Assembly: GCA_963848305.1 (NCBI GenBank)
Contig: CAWKDC010000001.1
Span: 832,001-896,000 of the forward strand
DNA length: 64,000 bases
Direction of reading: 5' to 3'
DNA from: an uncultured Gammaproteobacteria bacterium
GTDB taxonomy: Bacteria; Pseudomonadota; Gammaproteobacteria; JABCZS01
Shown: in pieces, positions 34,992 through 47,285 of the stretch
How the letters are laid out: each line of letters starts with the position of its first letter
How positions within the stretch are numbered: the stretch's first letter is position 1
Made by a program: the position numbers and the translations under genes
The notes under the pieces: model-generated
The model's database searches: none
What the model was told of the DNA's origin: nothing
The model's input: the letters and a program-made list of their open reading frames with translations, nothing else

Positions 34992-35001
34992 ATACCCCCC
35001 C

Positions 35002-35057
35002 CCATATTGCCAATATAGACCCCCAATTGCCAATTGTCAATACCAAAAATTGACAAT
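35002..35057 (-). promoter_or_regulatory. TA-operon promoter with overlapping operator-like repeats
   Basis: TTGACA-N17-TATATT; ATTGGCAAT direct repeats; ATTGTCAA...TTGACAAT inverted repeat. Confidence 0.65.
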
Positions 35058-35197
35058 CCACATCCCCAATGTCTTGCACAGTACATGCTTTGAGCCTTCA
35101 TCGCACAGCTACAAGTCCAACCTGCAAATTCGTATTGCCAGTTCTCAGAAACTGGGACATAATATAGCTACATTTGGCTTGGAGGCTATTTCTTATC

Positions 35198-36376
35198 ATG
35201 TTCAAAAAACTATTCTTATTCCTGGCAACCCTCAGTTTCACATCCACTTTGCTGGCTGCTCCAGCAGCACAACTGCCTGTCCCTGCTGCTCCAGCACTGG
35301 CGGCAAAAGCTTACGTTTTGCAAGACAGCAACAGTGGGCAAATCATTGTCTCTCATAATGGACAAGAACGCCTTCCCCCCGCCAGTCTCACCAAAATGAT
35401 GACCGTGTATGTTGTTGATAACGAGCTGGCCGCAGGCCGCCTGAAAATGGATGATCCTATCCTGATCAGTGAAAATGCATGGCGAAGCGAAGGCTCACGC
35501 ATGTTTGTCGATGTGAACAGTACCGTGCCTGCACGTGACTTATTAAATGGTGTGATCATTCAGTCTGGCAATGATGCCTCTGTCGCATTTGCTGAGCACA
35601 TTGCCGGCACAGAAGCCGCATTTGCAGATCAAATGAATGCGTATGCCAAAGCGTTGGGCATGAACAATACCCATTTCGTGAATGCCACCGGTATGCCAGA
35701 CCCCAATCATTACACGACGGCTGAAGACCTTGCGATCCTGGCCCGTGCCATCGTGCGTGATTTCCCCGAAACTTATCAAGTCTATTCGCAAAAAGATTTT
35801 GTCTTCAATGGTATCAAACAAAGCAACCGTAATAGCTTATTGTGGCGTGACAGTTCCGTAGACGGCATCAAAACCGGCCACACAGAAGATGCTGGGTTTT
35901 GTTTAGTCGCTTCAGCGCTGCGCAATAACATGCGCTTCAATGCGGTGATCCTGGGCGCTGAAAACGAAAATGCCCGCGCTGAACAAGCACAAAGTCTACT
36001 CAACTATGGTTTCCGCTTTTTCAGGACCCAATCATTATTGACCGGCAACAAACCCATTGCACAAGCACAAGTGTATCAAGGCAAATCATCCAAGCTCCCG
36101 ATTGGCGTTGAAAAAGATCTCGTCGTCACACTGCCCCAAAATCAAACACAACCCATCACGACTGCGCTCACCTTGAATGGCGATTTACGCGCACCCATCA
36201 CGCGTGGGCAAGTCGTGGGGGACATCACGATCAGCTTGAATAATCAAGTCATTGCGAAAACACCGATTGTGGCACTGGAAGCCGTCGATCGCGCGGGCAT
36301 TTGGGGACGTTTCACCGGTTGGTTGAAACTGTTCTTTAAGAACATTTTTCACAAGGCCCCAGCACCCCAACCCTAG
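35198..36376 (+). CDS. dacA: D-alanyl-D-alanine carboxypeptidase (PBP5/6 family)
   Basis: Signal peptide; PASLTK (SxxK), SGN, KTG. Confidence 0.93.
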   Translation: MFKKLFLFLATLSFTSTLLAAPAAQLPVPAAPALAAKAYVLQDSNSGQIIVSHNGQERLPPASLTKMMTVYVVDNELAAGRLKMDDPILISENAWRSEGSRMFVDVNSTVPARDLLNGVIIQSGNDASVAFAEHIAGTEAAFADQMNAYAKALGMNNTHFVNATGMPDPNHYTTAEDLAILARAIVRDFPETYQVYSQKDFVFNGIKQSNRNSLLWRDSSVDGIKTGHTEDAGFCLVASALRNNMRFNAVILGAENENARAEQAQSLLNYGFRFFRTQSLLTGNKPIAQAQVYQGKSSKLPIGVEKDLVVTLPQNQTQPITTALTLNGDLRAPITRGQVVGDITISLNNQVIAKTPIVALEAVDRAGIWGRFTGWLKLFFKNIFHKAPAPQP

Positions 36377-36395
36377 AAGGAATATCCATCACACC

Positions 36396-37241
36396 ATGAG
36401 TGACACCGTTTTTCTCAATGGCAGCTACATGCCTGCCGATCAAGCGACAGTCTCTGTCTTTGACAGAGGCTTCCTGTTCGGCGATGGTGTCTATGAAGTG
36501 ATCCCTTTCTATCAAGGCCGCGCGTTTGGATGGGAAGGGCACATGGTGCGCCTTGAAAGGAGTTTATCAGCGATTCAATTGAACAATCCACTCAGTGAAT
36601 CCCAGTGGCGTGACGTGGCAAAACATTTGTTGAAAGCCAACGGAGAAAGCCAGCTCGTTTACCTTCAAATCACACGCGGCGCTACAACGCCGCGCAAACA
36701 CAGTTATGAAGCAGGCACACAGCCGACCGTGTTTGCAAACAGCCTGTCTTTCACACCCGTCAACACACAGGGCGTGCATGCGATCACATTGCCTGATGAT
36801 CGTTGGGCGCATTGTCACATCAAATCGCTGAATTTATTGCCCAATGTGTTGGCCACGCAAGCCGCAAAACAACGTGGCGCCGTCGAGGCGATCTTGATCC
36901 GGCAGGGTCTCGTGACAGAGGGCGCATCCAGTAATGTGTTCGTCGTGAAAAATAATCAAGTGATGACTTCGCGCCTGGATGGTTCCATTTTAAGCGGTAT
37001 CACCCGTTCACTCGTGATGGATATTCTCGCCTCGCTGCAACATACTGTGAAAGACGTCGATGTCTCTTTTGAAACACTCATGCATGCCGATGAAGTCTGG
37101 CTAACCTCTGTCGGAAAAGAGATCACCCCGGTCATCCAAATTGATGGCCAACCCATCGGCACGGGTAAACCTGGCCCTGTTTGGGAACGCGCATTTGCCG
37201 CTTATCAACAACGTATTGCGCATGATGCAACACCCCTGTGA
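36396..37241 (+). CDS. dat: D-amino acid aminotransferase (class IV)
   Basis: DRGFLFGDGVYEV; HIKSLNLLPN; EGASSNVF; ILSGITR. Confidence 0.88.
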   Translation: MSDTVFLNGSYMPADQATVSVFDRGFLFGDGVYEVIPFYQGRAFGWEGHMVRLERSLSAIQLNNPLSESQWRDVAKHLLKANGESQLVYLQITRGATTPRKHSYEAGTQPTVFANSLSFTPVNTQGVHAITLPDDRWAHCHIKSLNLLPNVLATQAAKQRGAVEAILIRQGLVTEGASSNVFVVKNNQVMTSRLDGSILSGITRSLVMDILASLQHTVKDVDVSFETLMHADEVWLTSVGKEITPVIQIDGQPIGTGKPGPVWERAFAAYQQRIAHDATPL

Positions 37242-37863
37242 TGTGATCATTCGACATTTGGGTCAAGTCCCCTACCTCCCCACATGGGAAAGAATGCGCG
37301 CCTTCACCGAAACACGCACGCCCGGCACCTGCGATGAAATCTGGTTTCTCTCTCATCCACCTGTATTCACGCAAGGACAAGCGGGGAAACCAGAGCATTT
37401 GCTTTACCCCGGTGACATTGAAGTAGTGCAGACCGATCGTGGCGGGCAGGTCACCTATCATGGGCCTGGGCAACTGATTGTTTATTGTCTCATTGATTTG
37501 AAAAGAAAAAATTGGGGGATTCGTCGGCTGGTGAGCCTGATTGAAACGTCAGTGATTGAGATGCTCGCAGCAGAAGGGATCGATGCCCATGCCAAACAGG
37601 ATGCCCCGGGTGTGTATGTGGGGAATGCCAAAATTTGTTCGCTCGGGCTGCGCGTGAAGCGGGGCTGTAGTTATCACGGACTGGCGCTCAATGTGAACAT
37701 GGATTTGAAGCCGTTTAGCCAGATTAATCCTTGCGGATACAAAGACTTAGCAGTTTGTCAAACGAAAGATCTGGGAGGGCTCACAACAGTTGAGGCTGCC
37801 CAAGAAAAGCTGTTGGTGCAATTGCTTGCTCACTTCGGGTATAATCAGCCGTGTCTTGTATAA
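37222..37863 (+). CDS. lipB: Octanoyltransferase LipB
   Basis: HPPVFTQG; [13 protein letters not shown]; KICSLGLR; INPCG. Confidence 0.96.
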   Translation: MMQHPCDVIIRHLGQVPYLPTWERMRAFTETRTPGTCDEIWFLSHPPVFTQGQAGKPEHLLYPGDIEVVQTDRGGQVTYHGPGQLIVYCLIDLKRKNWGIRRLVSLIETSVIEMLAAEGIDAHAKQDAPGVYVGNAKICSLGLRVKRGCSYHGLALNVNMDLKPFSQINPCGYKDLAVCQTKDLGGLTTVEAAQEKLLVQLLAHFGYNQPCLV

Positions 37864-37873
37864 AGGGGTGCTC

Positions 37874-38815
37874 ATGAGTAGTCAAGAAAAACAACGCGGT
37901 TTTGACAAATTGTCCCGCATTCCCATTAAAATTGAATCACAACCACCCTTGAAAAAACCTGACTGGATCCGTGTCCGCCTTCCCTCACAAGATAACATTG
38001 ACATTGTCACAAACATGCTGCGGCAAAATCGTTTGCACAGTGTGTGCGAAGAAGCCTCTTGTCCGAATTTACCCGAATGTTTCAGTAAAGGCACCGCTAC
38101 ATTCATGATCATGGGCGATAAGTGTACTCGCCGTTGTAGTTTTTGCGATGTTGCGCACGGCCGCCCCGATCCACTCGATGAAAGCGAACCTGAAAATGTC
38201 GCGAATGCCATTCAAACGATGGGACTCAAATATGTGGTGATCACGTCTGTTGATCGAGATGATTTGCGTGATGGTGGAGCGGGACATTTCGCTGCTTGCA
38301 TCAAAGCAACACGCGCCAAAAATCCAGCTACTCGCATTGAAATTTTAGTGCCCGATTTTCGCGGTAAAAACCGTCGGCAAATCGCGATTGATATTTTAGC
38401 GACAGAACCACCTGATGTATTTAATCACAATATCGAAACGGTGCCACGGCTTTATGCGCAAGCCAGACCCGGTTCAGATTATCAATGGTCACTATTGTTA
38501 CTCAAGGAATTCAAGGAAAAGTTTCCACACATACCGACCAAATCGGGCATCATGCTAGGTTTAGGCGAAACACTGGATGAAGTGCGTCAGGTCATGCGCG
38601 ATTTACGCGCGCACAATGTAAACATGGTGACGATTGGCCAATACCTTCAACCCTCAAAATATCATTTGCCCGTGGCACGATACGTCACCCCAGCTGAATT
38701 TGATCAGTTGCGCATTGAAGGGGAAGCCATGGGCTTCACCAATGTGGCCAGCGGTCCGCTGGTCAGATCGTCTTATCATGCGGATAAGCAGGCAGATGGG
38801 GAGCGCGTGGCATAG
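37874..38815 (+). CDS. lipA: Lipoyl synthase LipA
   Basis: [12 protein letters not shown]; CTRRCSFC; RSSY. Confidence 0.98.
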   Translation: MSSQEKQRGFDKLSRIPIKIESQPPLKKPDWIRVRLPSQDNIDIVTNMLRQNRLHSVCEEASCPNLPECFSKGTATFMIMGDKCTRRCSFCDVAHGRPDPLDESEPENVANAIQTMGLKYVVITSVDRDDLRDGGAGHFAACIKATRAKNPATRIEILVPDFRGKNRRQIAIDILATEPPDVFNHNIETVPRLYAQARPGSDYQWSLLLLKEFKEKFPHIPTKSGIMLGLGETLDEVRQVMRDLRAHNVNMVTIGQYLQPSKYHLPVARYVTPAEFDQLRIEGEAMGFTNVASGPLVRSSYHADKQADGERVA

Positions 38816-41456
38816 AAAAGAAAAAGATGGCTCCGCCATCTTCCGCATTTTGAACGCCAATTTCACCGCCATGTGCGTGAATGATCGTATAACAAATGGC
38901 CAAGCCCAATCCTAAACCCCGTTCCTTCGTGAGCAGACGGCCTCTGTAAAATTTATCAAATAACTTATCCATTTCATCCGGCATAATGCCTGGACCATGA
39001 TCCACCACACTCACAATCACCTGCGCTTGATCAAAGGTGACATGAAATTCAATCGGTGTATCTTTTGGCGTAAATTTAATCGCATTGTCCAACAGGTTGA
39101 TCAGCACTTCCTGTATCAAGATAGTGTCGAATGGAATGAGTGGCAAATCATTGGGTATATTCATATAAATAGGACGATTCCCCAGCTTTCTCTCTGAGGC
39201 TTGCACCACTGTCATGATGGCATTTCTGATCGACAGCATTTCTTTGTGCAATGTAATATTTTCATATTCGAAATAAGTACTTTGCAGCATATTATTGATC
39301 AAACGGCTTAATTGCTCCGTTTCAAGATAAATGTCTTTACCAAACTCCATAATCGATTGAGGATCTAAATCAGATGCCATTTGCATTTGAGAGGTTGCAG
39401 ATTCAATGATAGAACGCAAAGGCGTACGCAAATCTTGTGAGAAAGATCTCAACAAAGTACTTCTCGCACGATCTGTTTCAGCTTTCAATTCAGTTTTCTT
39501 CGCATTTTCTTGCAAACGATCCACCTCAATCGCCAATGCAATTTGATTGGCACAAGCCTCAAGCAAATGGATAGTTTCAGGTTCAAGAAAACGATCAGGA
39601 TTTTCAGGATGCAAGCGCAAAACACCCATCACAGATTGAGAACCTTGCAACGGCATGAAAAGTGCTTCAGAAAATGACAGCGAGTCTGTTCCCAATCCCG
39701 CTTTCTGTCCTATTTCATACACCCATTCAGCGATGCCTTGCTCTTTCTCGTTCAATGCATGATCGGTCCGTGTTTTAACACACACAGACAAATGTCCTTC
39801 TCTGGGCAACAACCCCATGACATCGCAATTAAACGCATCACTGATATATTTTGCACCCATCTTGAGCAATTGCTCTGTACCTCGGGTTTTGGACAATTGT
39901 CGACTGAGCGTATACAGCGCAGATACCTGTTGGGCAGATAATCGCGCAGATTCAGCTTGCCTGCGTGATAACAATGTTAATTGCGTGATCACTTGACCGA
40001 CAATCAACATCACAGCGAGGGTAAATAAATATTTGACATCACTCACAGCAAAACTAAAATAAGGCGGAATAAAAAAGAAATCATACGCCAGGACACTGAG
40101 TACCGACGTTAAAATAGAAGGACCCACTTGCCCAAACACAGCGACTACTGTGATCCCCAATAAATAAACCATCACCAGATTACTGGATGTCATGAGAGGA
40201 AACAGCATGAAGTAATCAATCACTGTGGCGACGACCACAACACCGATTGCGATGAAATAAGATCCCCACTGAATGCGGCGCTTCTTGATAGGTTCCATTT
40301 TTTTCGGGGGCTCTTTTTCAGGTAATCCCGTCATGACATACACATCAATATCACCACTGACCCTGACAATTTCATCTGCCAAGTTTCTAAAAAAGACATT
40401 GCGCCAACGGCGTCGAATATGCTTCCATAACATGATTTGCGTGATATTTTGTTCATGCGCAAATTTCATGATCTCTTCCACAATGTCAATACCAGTGAGA
40501 ATGCGTGTTTCAGCACCTAGCTGTTCAGCGAACCGTAGATTTTTAACAGCCTTATTGCGTCTCTCTTCTGCATGACGGATTTGTGGTCGATCGACGTAAA
40601 CGCATACCCATTCGGCTTGCAAGCTCGAAGCCATGCGTTTTGCACGTCGTATAAGTTTTCGCGACTCATCTCCCGAACCCACAAACACCAATATCTTTTC
40701 TCGCGTAGGCCAAATCGGCTGAATGCCTTGTCCTTGACGATACAATAGGACTTGCGCTTCAACCAACTCAGCGGTTACACGCAATGCCATTTCACGCAAT
40801 GCAATGAGATTTCCCTTTCTGAAATACATGTCTTTTGCAATATCGGCTTGTTGACCGAAATACACTTTCCCTTCTTGCAAGCGCTTTAATAATTCTTCTG
40901 GTGGAATATCGACAAGCTCGATGGTGTTCGCCATTTCAATCATTGAGTCAGGCACCGTTTCCTTAATGGACACCTGAATAATGCGTGACACATCATCGAT
41001 GAGACTTTCAATATGCTGAACATTTAATGTCGTGTAAACATCAATACCACGATCTAATAACTCTTTGATATCTTGCCAACGTTTATTATGCCGAAGCCCA
41101 GGCACATTGGTATGTGCCATTTCATCCATTAGTATAAGCGCAGGATGTCTTTTCAATGCAGCATCTAAATCAAATTCTGGCATTTTCATGCCACGATAAT
41201 CGACCGAAATTTTGGGTAATAGCTCGAATTCCTTCAGCATTGCTTCAATTTCTTCACGACCATGTGATTCAACGATGCCAATCACCACATCTAACCCTTT
41301 CTCGCGCTCCAATAGCGAATCACTGAGCATGGCATATGTTTTACCGACGCCGGGTGCAGCACCCAAATAAATTTTGAGCTTGCCTCGATTTTCCTGGCGT
41401 ACTTCATCTTGAACTTGCTGTAACAATTTATTGGGATTGGGTCTTTGTTCCTGCAT
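38763..41456 (-). CDS. kdpD: KdpD-type K+ sensor kinase with the H-box His replaced by Gln
   Basis: [13 protein letters not shown], Usp-like domain, four TM helices, GAF, then [10 protein letters not shown]1, F and G2 boxes are intact. Confidence 0.93.
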   Translation of the reverse strand: MQEQRPNPNKLLQQVQDEVRQENRGKLKIYLGAAPGVGKTYAMLSDSLLEREKGLDVVIGIVESHGREEIEAMLKEFELLPKISVDYRGMKMPEFDLDAALKRHPALILMDEMAHTNVPGLRHNKRWQDIKELLDRGIDVYTTLNVQHIESLIDDVSRIIQVSIKETVPDSMIEMANTIELVDIPPEELLKRLQEGKVYFGQQADIAKDMYFRKGNLIALREMALRVTAELVEAQVLLYRQGQGIQPIWPTREKILVFVGSGDESRKLIRRAKRMASSLQAEWVCVYVDRPQIRHAEERRNKAVKNLRFAEQLGAETRILTGIDIVEEIMKFAHEQNITQIMLWKHIRRRWRNVFFRNLADEIVRVSGDIDVYVMTGLPEKEPPKKMEPIKKRRIQWGSYFIAIGVVVVATVIDYFMLFPLMTSSNLVMVYLLGITVVAVFGQVGPSILTSVLSVLAYDFFFIPPYFSFAVSDVKYLFTLAVMLIVGQVITQLTLLSRRQAESARLSAQQVSALYTLSRQLSKTRGTEQLLKMGAKYISDAFNCDVMGLLPREGHLSVCVKTRTDHALNEKEQGIAEWVYEIGQKAGLGTDSLSFSEALFMPLQGSQSVMGVLRLHPENPDRFLEPETIHLLEACANQIALAIEVDRLQENAKKTELKAETDRARSTLLRSFSQDLRTPLRSIIESATSQMQMASDLDPQSIMEFGKDIYLETEQLSRLINNMLQSTYFEYENITLHKEMLSIRNAIMTVVQASERKLGNRPIYMNIPNDLPLIPFDTILIQEVLINLLDNAIKFTPKDTPIEFHVTFDQAQVIVSVVDHGPGIMPDEMDKLFDKFYRGRLLTKERGLGLGLAICYTIIHAHGGEIGVQNAEDGGAIFFFSMPRAPHLPAYPHDKTI

Positions 41457-42000
41457 GAACGCTCCTTAATTGATCCAGTGCGATATTCAGTGTGAGTACA
41501 TTGATACGAGGTTCGCCAAATATTCCCCATGTTCGTTTTTCAATATGTGATTCTACCAGCGCGTGTATGTCCGCTTCAGGAATCTGATTGGCATTTGCAA
41601 CACGAGCAACCTGGTAAAATGCAGCTTCTGGGCTGATGTGAGGATCTAATCCACTGCCAGAAGCTGTGACTAAATTGACGGGAACAGATTCTGTTGATTG
41701 AGCATGCTGATCTCGCAGAGCATTCACTCGTGCTTGAACTGTTTTGATATAATCAGGATTAGATGGACCACTGTTCGATCCTCCAATTTGTGATGCTGAC
41801 GGCCTGCCCCAAAAATAGTGAGATCCGGTGATGTTTTGTCCAATCAATTCAGAACCAATTTTTTGTCCATTTTGTTCGATTAAGCTCCCATTGGCTTTCC
41901 AAGGAAAAAATATTTGTGCGGCAGCAGTGATGGCCATGGGATACAGAAATCCTGTCAAGACAGTCATGCATAACATCAATTTCAAAGCGGTTTTGATCAT
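41428..42000 (-). CDS. kdpC: K+-transporting ATPase subunit C
   Basis: KANGSLI; YFWGRPS; [13 protein letters not shown]. Confidence 0.96.
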   Translation of the reverse strand: MIKTALKLMLCMTVLTGFLYPMAITAAAQIFFPWKANGSLIEQNGQKIGSELIGQNITGSHYFWGRPSASQIGGSNSGPSNPDYIKTVQARVNALRDQHAQSTESVPVNLVTASGSGLDPHISPEAAFYQVARVANANQIPEADIHALVESHIEKRTWGIFGEPRINVLTLNIALDQLRSVHAGTKTQSQ

Positions 42001-44066
42001 GCTGTTAATCCTAATGCAACCAGTAATAAATCGATCATTTTAATCCCAAGAAAAGGCACCAATAAACCTCCAAAACCATATATCAGCACATTACTGCGCA
42101 GTAATTTGGATGCAGACACACGACGGTATCTCACACCTCGCAAAGCGAGAGGGATCAAAGCGACAATGATCAGTGCATTGAAAATCACCGCTGACATCAC
42201 CGCACTTTGTGGTGTTGCAAGATGCATGATATTAAGTGCATTCAGTGAGGGATATGTTGCTGCAAATGCTGCGGGCAATATCGCAAAATATTTGGCAACA
42301 TCATTCGCAATACTGAAAGTGGTGAGAGAACCTCGCGTCATGAGTAATTGTTTACCAATTTCCACAATTTCAATGAGCTTAGTGGGATTAGAATCAAGAT
42401 CCACCAAATTACCTGCTTCTTTCGCCGCTTGCGTTCCCGTGTTCATCGCCACTGCCACATCGGCTTGTGCTAAAGCAGGAGCATCGTTGGTGCCATCCCC
42501 TGTCATCGCCACCAAATAACCTTCTTTCTGGTAACGTGCAATCAATTTCAATTTATCTTCAGGTGTTGCATTGGCCAGAAAATCATCAACGCCCGCTTCT
42601 GCTGCAATCGCCGCGGCCGTCAGCGGATTATCGCCCGTGACCATGATGGTTTTAATCCCCATTTGCCTGAGTTGCGCAAAACGCTCTTTGATGCCACCTT
42701 TTACAATGTCTTTGAGATAAATCACGCCCAATATTTTATTTCCTTCTGATACCACCAAGGCAGTGCCGCCTTTACGCGAAATACTGTCGACTTGGCGAGA
42801 CACTTCTTCAGGGATTTTCCCCCCTAGTGCTCCCATATGATCTTTGATTGCATCAGCAGCACCTTTGAAAATTTGTCGACCCGAGATATTCACGCCACTC
42901 ATGCGCGTTTGTGCAGTAAAGGGAATAAATGTCGCTTTTAATGCTGCAATGTCATGCGCGCGCAATCCATATTTTTCTTTAGCAAGGATCACAATGCTGC
43001 GCCCTTCTGGGGTTTCATCTGCGAGTGAAGCAAGTTGCGCTGCCTCTGCGAGTTGTTCCACTGAAACGCCTTCTGCGGGCATGAATTCATGTGCTTGGCG
43101 ATTGCCCAAGGTGATCGTGCCTGTTTTATCCAGCAATAAAATGTCAACATCTCCTGCTGCTTCAACGGCTCGTCCTGACATGGCAATGACATTTGCTTGA
43201 ATCATGCGATCCATACCTGCAATGCCAATCGCTGACAGTAATCCGCCGATGGTTGTTGGGGCTAAGCACACAAACAATGCGACAAGGACTGTGATCGTGA
43301 TGACTTGACCCGTCCCTGCGGATGCAACACTGTAAATGGATAGCGGTAACAATGTTGTGCACACGAGTAAGAATACAATGGTAAGCGCAGCGAGTAATAT
43401 GGTTAAGGCCAATTCATTAGGTGTTTTTTGACGCTTCGCACCCTCGACCAAATCGATCATGTGATCTAGAAATGTTTCTCCTGGATTAGAGGTGATGCGC
43501 ACGATGATCCAATCAGATATCACCAGTGTACCACCTGTCACTGAACTTCTGTCGCCGCCACTTTCACGGATCACGGGTGCGCTTTCTCCCGTGACAGCAC
43601 TCTCATTGACAAACGCAATGCCTTCAATCACTTCACCATCACTGGGAATAAAATCACCGGTTTCGACCAATACAATGTCCCCCGCATGCAATTGCGCGGA
43701 TGGAACCACTGTGATATGTGCATCACGCGAGGGCTTTGATAATTTTTTCGCTTGTACCTCGCGCCGTGATTGACGCAAAGCTTGCGCCTGTGCCTTGCCT
43801 CTGCCCTCTGCCATGGCTTCTGCAAAATTGGCGAATAAGACGGTGAACCATATCCACAATGAAATGCCTAAAATAAACATCGGAGGTGCTTCACCTGTTT
43901 TCCAAACAGCTTGAATGAAAAGACACGTCGTCAGGATAGCACCTATAAACACGGTGAACATCACTGGATTTCTTGCTTGATGGCGCGGAGAACACTTCAG
44001 TAATGCATCCTTGATGGCCACTGTGATGATGTTCACATCCCATATTTTATGTTGCTTAGTGGCCAT
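41997..44066 (-). CDS. kdpB: K+-transporting P-type ATPase subunit B
   Basis: TGES; DKTGT; TGDGTNDAP; [10 protein letters not shown]. Confidence 0.98.
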   Translation of the reverse strand: MATKQHKIWDVNIITVAIKDALLKCSPRHQARNPVMFTVFIGAILTTCLFIQAVWKTGEAPPMFILGISLWIWFTVLFANFAEAMAEGRGKAQAQALRQSRREVQAKKLSKPSRDAHITVVPSAQLHAGDIVLVETGDFIPSDGEVIEGIAFVNESAVTGESAPVIRESGGDRSSVTGGTLVISDWIIVRITSNPGETFLDHMIDLVEGAKRQKTPNELALTILLAALTIVFLLVCTTLLPLSIYSVASAGTGQVITITVLVALFVCLAPTTIGGLLSAIGIAGMDRMIQANVIAMSGRAVEAAGDVDILLLDKTGTITLGNRQAHEFMPAEGVSVEQLAEAAQLASLADETPEGRSIVILAKEKYGLRAHDIAALKATFIPFTAQTRMSGVNISGRQIFKGAADAIKDHMGALGGKIPEEVSRQVDSISRKGGTALVVSEGNKILGVIYLKDIVKGGIKERFAQLRQMGIKTIMVTGDNPLTAAAIAAEAGVDDFLANATPEDKLKLIARYQKEGYLVAMTGDGTNDAPALAQADVAVAMNTGTQAAKEAGNLVDLDSNPTKLIEIVEIGKQLLMTRGSLTTFSIANDVAKYFAILPAAFAATYPSLNALNIMHLATPQSAVMSAVIFNALIIVALIPLALRGVRYRRVSASKLLRSNVLIYGFGGLLVPFLGIKMIDLLLVALGLTA

Positions 44067-45720
44067 ATTCGCCCCACAACATTAAATGCTCAACAATCGG
44101 GCCTAATGATAGGGCAGGCAGAAATGATAATGCACCAATGATGATGGTCACACCGGCTAACAGCATGATAAACATAGGCGTATGCGTTTCTAATGTGCCA
44201 GAACCACTGGGCACAATTTTTTTACATGCCAATGACCCGGCAATGGCCATCACAGGAATGGCTATACCGTATCGGGCTGTCCACATCGCTATCCCACCAA
44301 GGATATTATAAAAAGGTGTATTTGCATTCAATCCTGCAAATGCACTGCCATTATTATTCGCCATCGATGTGAAAGCATATAAAATTTCAGTGAGGCCGTG
44401 AGGCCCTGGGTTGCCCAATCCGCTTAAGCCAGCTTTTGTTACAACACCAATGGAAGTTAATAAAAGAACGGTTAATGGCATAACCAAGACGGCGACACAG
44501 GCCATTTTCATTTCAAATGGTTCAATTTTTTTCCCTAAATATTCTGGGGTTCGGCCAACCATCAATCCCGCTACAAATACCGTGACAATCACCAACATTA
44601 ACATGCCGTACAAACCTGATCCTACGCCACCAAAAACAACTTCTCCCAAATGCATCATCCATAATGGTATGAGACCACCTAGGGGAGTGAAAGAATCTAA
44701 CATGGCATTCACTGAACCATTCGACGCCGCAGTAGTGGCTGTGGCCCATAGTGCAGAAGCAGTGATACCAAACCGCGTTTCCTTTCCTTCCATATTACCA
44801 ACTGTGATCCCCATGTGTGACAATGCCGGATTGCCCTGATTTTCTGCGAACACTGTCACGGCTAGGAATGGCATGAATAAAACAAACATGGCGGCCAATA
44901 ATCCCCAGCCTTGTTTTGTTTGATGGATCATTTTACCGAAGCTGTAACACAGTGCTGCGGGGATCAGCAAAATGGCCAATGTTTCCAAGAAATTCGTGAG
45001 TGGCGTTGGGTTTTCAAACGGATGTGCACTGTTCGCATTGAAAAATCCCCCGCCATTGGTTCCCAACTGTTTAATCGCCACTTGCGAAGCAACAGGGCCC
45101 ATGGGGATGACTGATTCGATCGTCTCATAAGGATGTAGATTTTGAATCACCCCTTGTGAAACCAGGATCACTGCAAAAAGAATAGACAATGGCAAATACA
45201 AATAAACAATACCACGCACCATATCAACCCAATAATTCCCCAATAGATGGGTTTCGTATCCTGCGATGCCTCTGATCAATGCCATGAGGATAGCCGTTCC
45301 TGTCGCCGCTGACATAAAATTTTGCACGGTAAGCGCCATCATTTGTGTAAAATAACTCATCGTGTTTTCGCCAGCATATGACTGCCAATCTGTATTCGTG
45401 ACAAAGCTGATCGCGGTATTGAATGATAAATCTTGTGAGGGTGCTTTAAAATGTTGAGGATTAAAAGGTAAATAAAATTGAAAACATTGAATAAGATAAA
45501 CACATAAAAACCCGATCGCATTGAGTAACAGCATCGATAATAAATATTGCTTCCAATCCATCTGCGTTGTTTCATCAATGCCACAGATTTTATACACCAT
45601 CAAATCTATTTTTTGAGGTTTTCCTGAATATACAAACACGATATAACTGCCAAGCGGTTTGACCAAGGCAAGGAGGATGATCACAAATAAGGTGATGTAA
45701 AGTAGATCGATGTGTGTCAT
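44056..45720 (-). CDS. kdpA: K+-transporting ATPase subunit A
   Basis: SFVTNTDWQ; [10 protein letters not shown]; SNGSVN; NNNGSAFAG. Start trimmed to ATG 45720. Confidence 0.97.
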   Translation of the reverse strand: MTHIDLLYITLFVIILLALVKPLGSYIVFVYSGKPQKIDLMVYKICGIDETTQMDWKQYLLSMLLLNAIGFLCVYLIQCFQFYLPFNPQHFKAPSQDLSFNTAISFVTNTDWQSYAGENTMSYFTQMMALTVQNFMSAATGTAILMALIRGIAGYETHLLGNYWVDMVRGIVYLYLPLSILFAVILVSQGVIQNLHPYETIESVIPMGPVASQVAIKQLGTNGGGFFNANSAHPFENPTPLTNFLETLAILLIPAALCYSFGKMIHQTKQGWGLLAAMFVLFMPFLAVTVFAENQGNPALSHMGITVGNMEGKETRFGITASALWATATTAASNGSVNAMLDSFTPLGGLIPLWMMHLGEVVFGGVGSGLYGMLMLVIVTVFVAGLMVGRTPEYLGKKIEPFEMKMACVAVLVMPLTVLLLTSIGVVTKAGLSGLGNPGPHGLTEILYAFTSMANNNGSAFAGLNANTPFYNILGGIAMWTARYGIAIPVMAIAGSLACKKIVPSGSGTLETHTPMFIMLLAGVTIIIGALSFLPALSLGPIVEHLMLWGEYGH

Positions 45721-45778
45721 CGAGGCATCCTTTCCAACATTCGCATTCTGAAGATTGATAGACATTCCAAGTCTATCA

Positions 45779-45803
45779 AGGGTGCAGCATGCTGCACCCC
45801 TAC
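45779..45803 (-). repeat. REP palindrome, second subtype, between kdpF and kdpA
   Basis: agggtgcagcatgctgcacccctac. Confidence 0.75.
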
Positions 45804-45813
45804 AACAATCTTA

Positions 45814-45900
45814 TTAAAATAATTCAGGTTTGAATAATACAACCAATAAATAAATGAGCAGGCCAAAGGCTATTAACCCGCAAATCAGATACAGTGTCAT
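45814..45900 (-). CDS. kdpF: KdpF small subunit; not in the ORF track
   Basis: Manual translation MTLYLICGLIAFGLLIYLLVVLFKPELF*, matching the YL..vL..PE.F signature. Confidence 0.9.
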   Translation of the reverse strand: MTLYLICGLIAFGLLIYLLVVLFKPELF

Positions 45901-45980
45901 GCTGCCCCCCATACTCTTTGAGAGTCTAGCAATGATCAGGGGGGAAAGCCAGGCGAGGACGTATTCTGTACCTTATCCTT

Positions 45981-46520
45981 TTATGATAACCACTGTTCAC
46001 GGTACCAACGCAACTCATTGATGGACGCACGAATATCGCTCAAGGCACGGTGATCTTCCGACTTCTTCACCTGACCGAATAATTCAGGCCGCCAACGGCG
46101 GGCCAGCTCCTTAATGGTGCTGACATCAATGTGGCGATAATGAAAGAATGCCTCTAGAGCGGGCATATATCGCGCTAAAAATCGTCGATCCGTGCAAATT
46201 GTGTTGCCGCACATGGGTGACGCCTTTGCCTCTACAAATTGCGCTAAAAATGCGAGGGTTTGTTGTTCAGCCTCATGCTCCGTGACTTGACTGTCTCGCA
46301 CGCGGGCGACCAATCCTGAACCCGTGTGTTGGCGCACGCACCATTCACTCATTTGCTCGAGCAATGTATCCGATTGGTGGATCACCAGCTCTGGGCCGAT
46401 GCCAATTTCATTCAAATCGCTGTCTGTAACCAAAGTCGCGATTTCAATGATCCGCTCTTTGGTTTCATCCAAACCGGTCATTTCAAGATCGATCCAGATT
46501 AAATTGGTTTTTTTGTCCAC
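45981..46520 (-). CDS. orn: Oligoribonuclease
   Basis: [13 protein letters not shown]; CGNTI; [14 protein letters not shown]; HRALSDI. Confidence 0.96.
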   Translation of the reverse strand: MDKKTNLIWIDLEMTGLDETKERIIEIATLVTDSDLNEIGIGPELVIHQSDTLLEQMSEWCVRQHTGSGLVARVRDSQVTEHEAEQQTLAFLAQFVEAKASPMCGNTICTDRRFLARYMPALEAFFHYRHIDVSTIKELARRWRPELFGQVKKSEDHRALSDIRASINELRWYREQWLS

Positions 46521-46534
46521 GACAATCCTCACCC

Positions 46535-47277
46535 TCAATTTCTGTGCAATAAAGATAGCACAGTTTGACCCAGTAATGTCAGCTGAGGTTCAGAGGCCAA
46601 GCGGTGATCGCCCTGTTTGATGAGGGTGACATGCACGTCACTCGAGGTCAGTTGTTCAGAGATGCGCATGGCTTTTTGCCAGGTGACTTCTTTATCATTC
46701 ATGCCTTGCAATAAACGCACGGGACAATTGATAGAGATTTTTTTGTGAAGTAGGTTATGCTGTTTTGCTTCAGTCAAGAGTGTTTGTGCAATTGGATAGG
46801 GTTTTCCCTCAATGCCTGAAGGCACGTAACACATGCCTGTTTGTTCGAGTGATAAACGTTGTTCATCAGTGATCTTTGAAAAATCATCCAGAAAATCAGG
46901 AGCCGCAGCAATACCGACCAACGCCTGAACGCGCTCTGGCCGCGCCAATGCAGCCAGTAACATCAGCCACCCGCCCATGCTGGAGCCGACCAATATTTGG
47001 GGCCCTCGGTGAGTTCATCAATCACTTTCAGCGCATCGGTCAGCCAACGCCCCAATGTCCCTTCCACAAACTCGCCATCCGATGCGCCATGACCGAAATA
47101 ATCAAACCGCACAAAAGCATGACCCCATTCACGCGCCCTGGCCTCTAAATAGGTGGCTTTACTGCCCGTCATATCTGACTGAAAGCCACCTAAAAAAACG
47201 ATCCCTGGGTTCTTACCTTCCGTCTTTGCATAAGCAAGTCGCGTGCCATCAGGGTTCACGAGAAAAGTATTCACCAA
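46535..47277 (-). CDS. Alpha/beta hydrolase; frame break near 47000, likely sequencing error
   Basis: [11 protein letters not shown]; [10 protein letters not shown]; GSSMGG; GIAAAPDF; GDHRL. Confidence 0.85.
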
Positions 47278-47285
47278 TATGCGTC

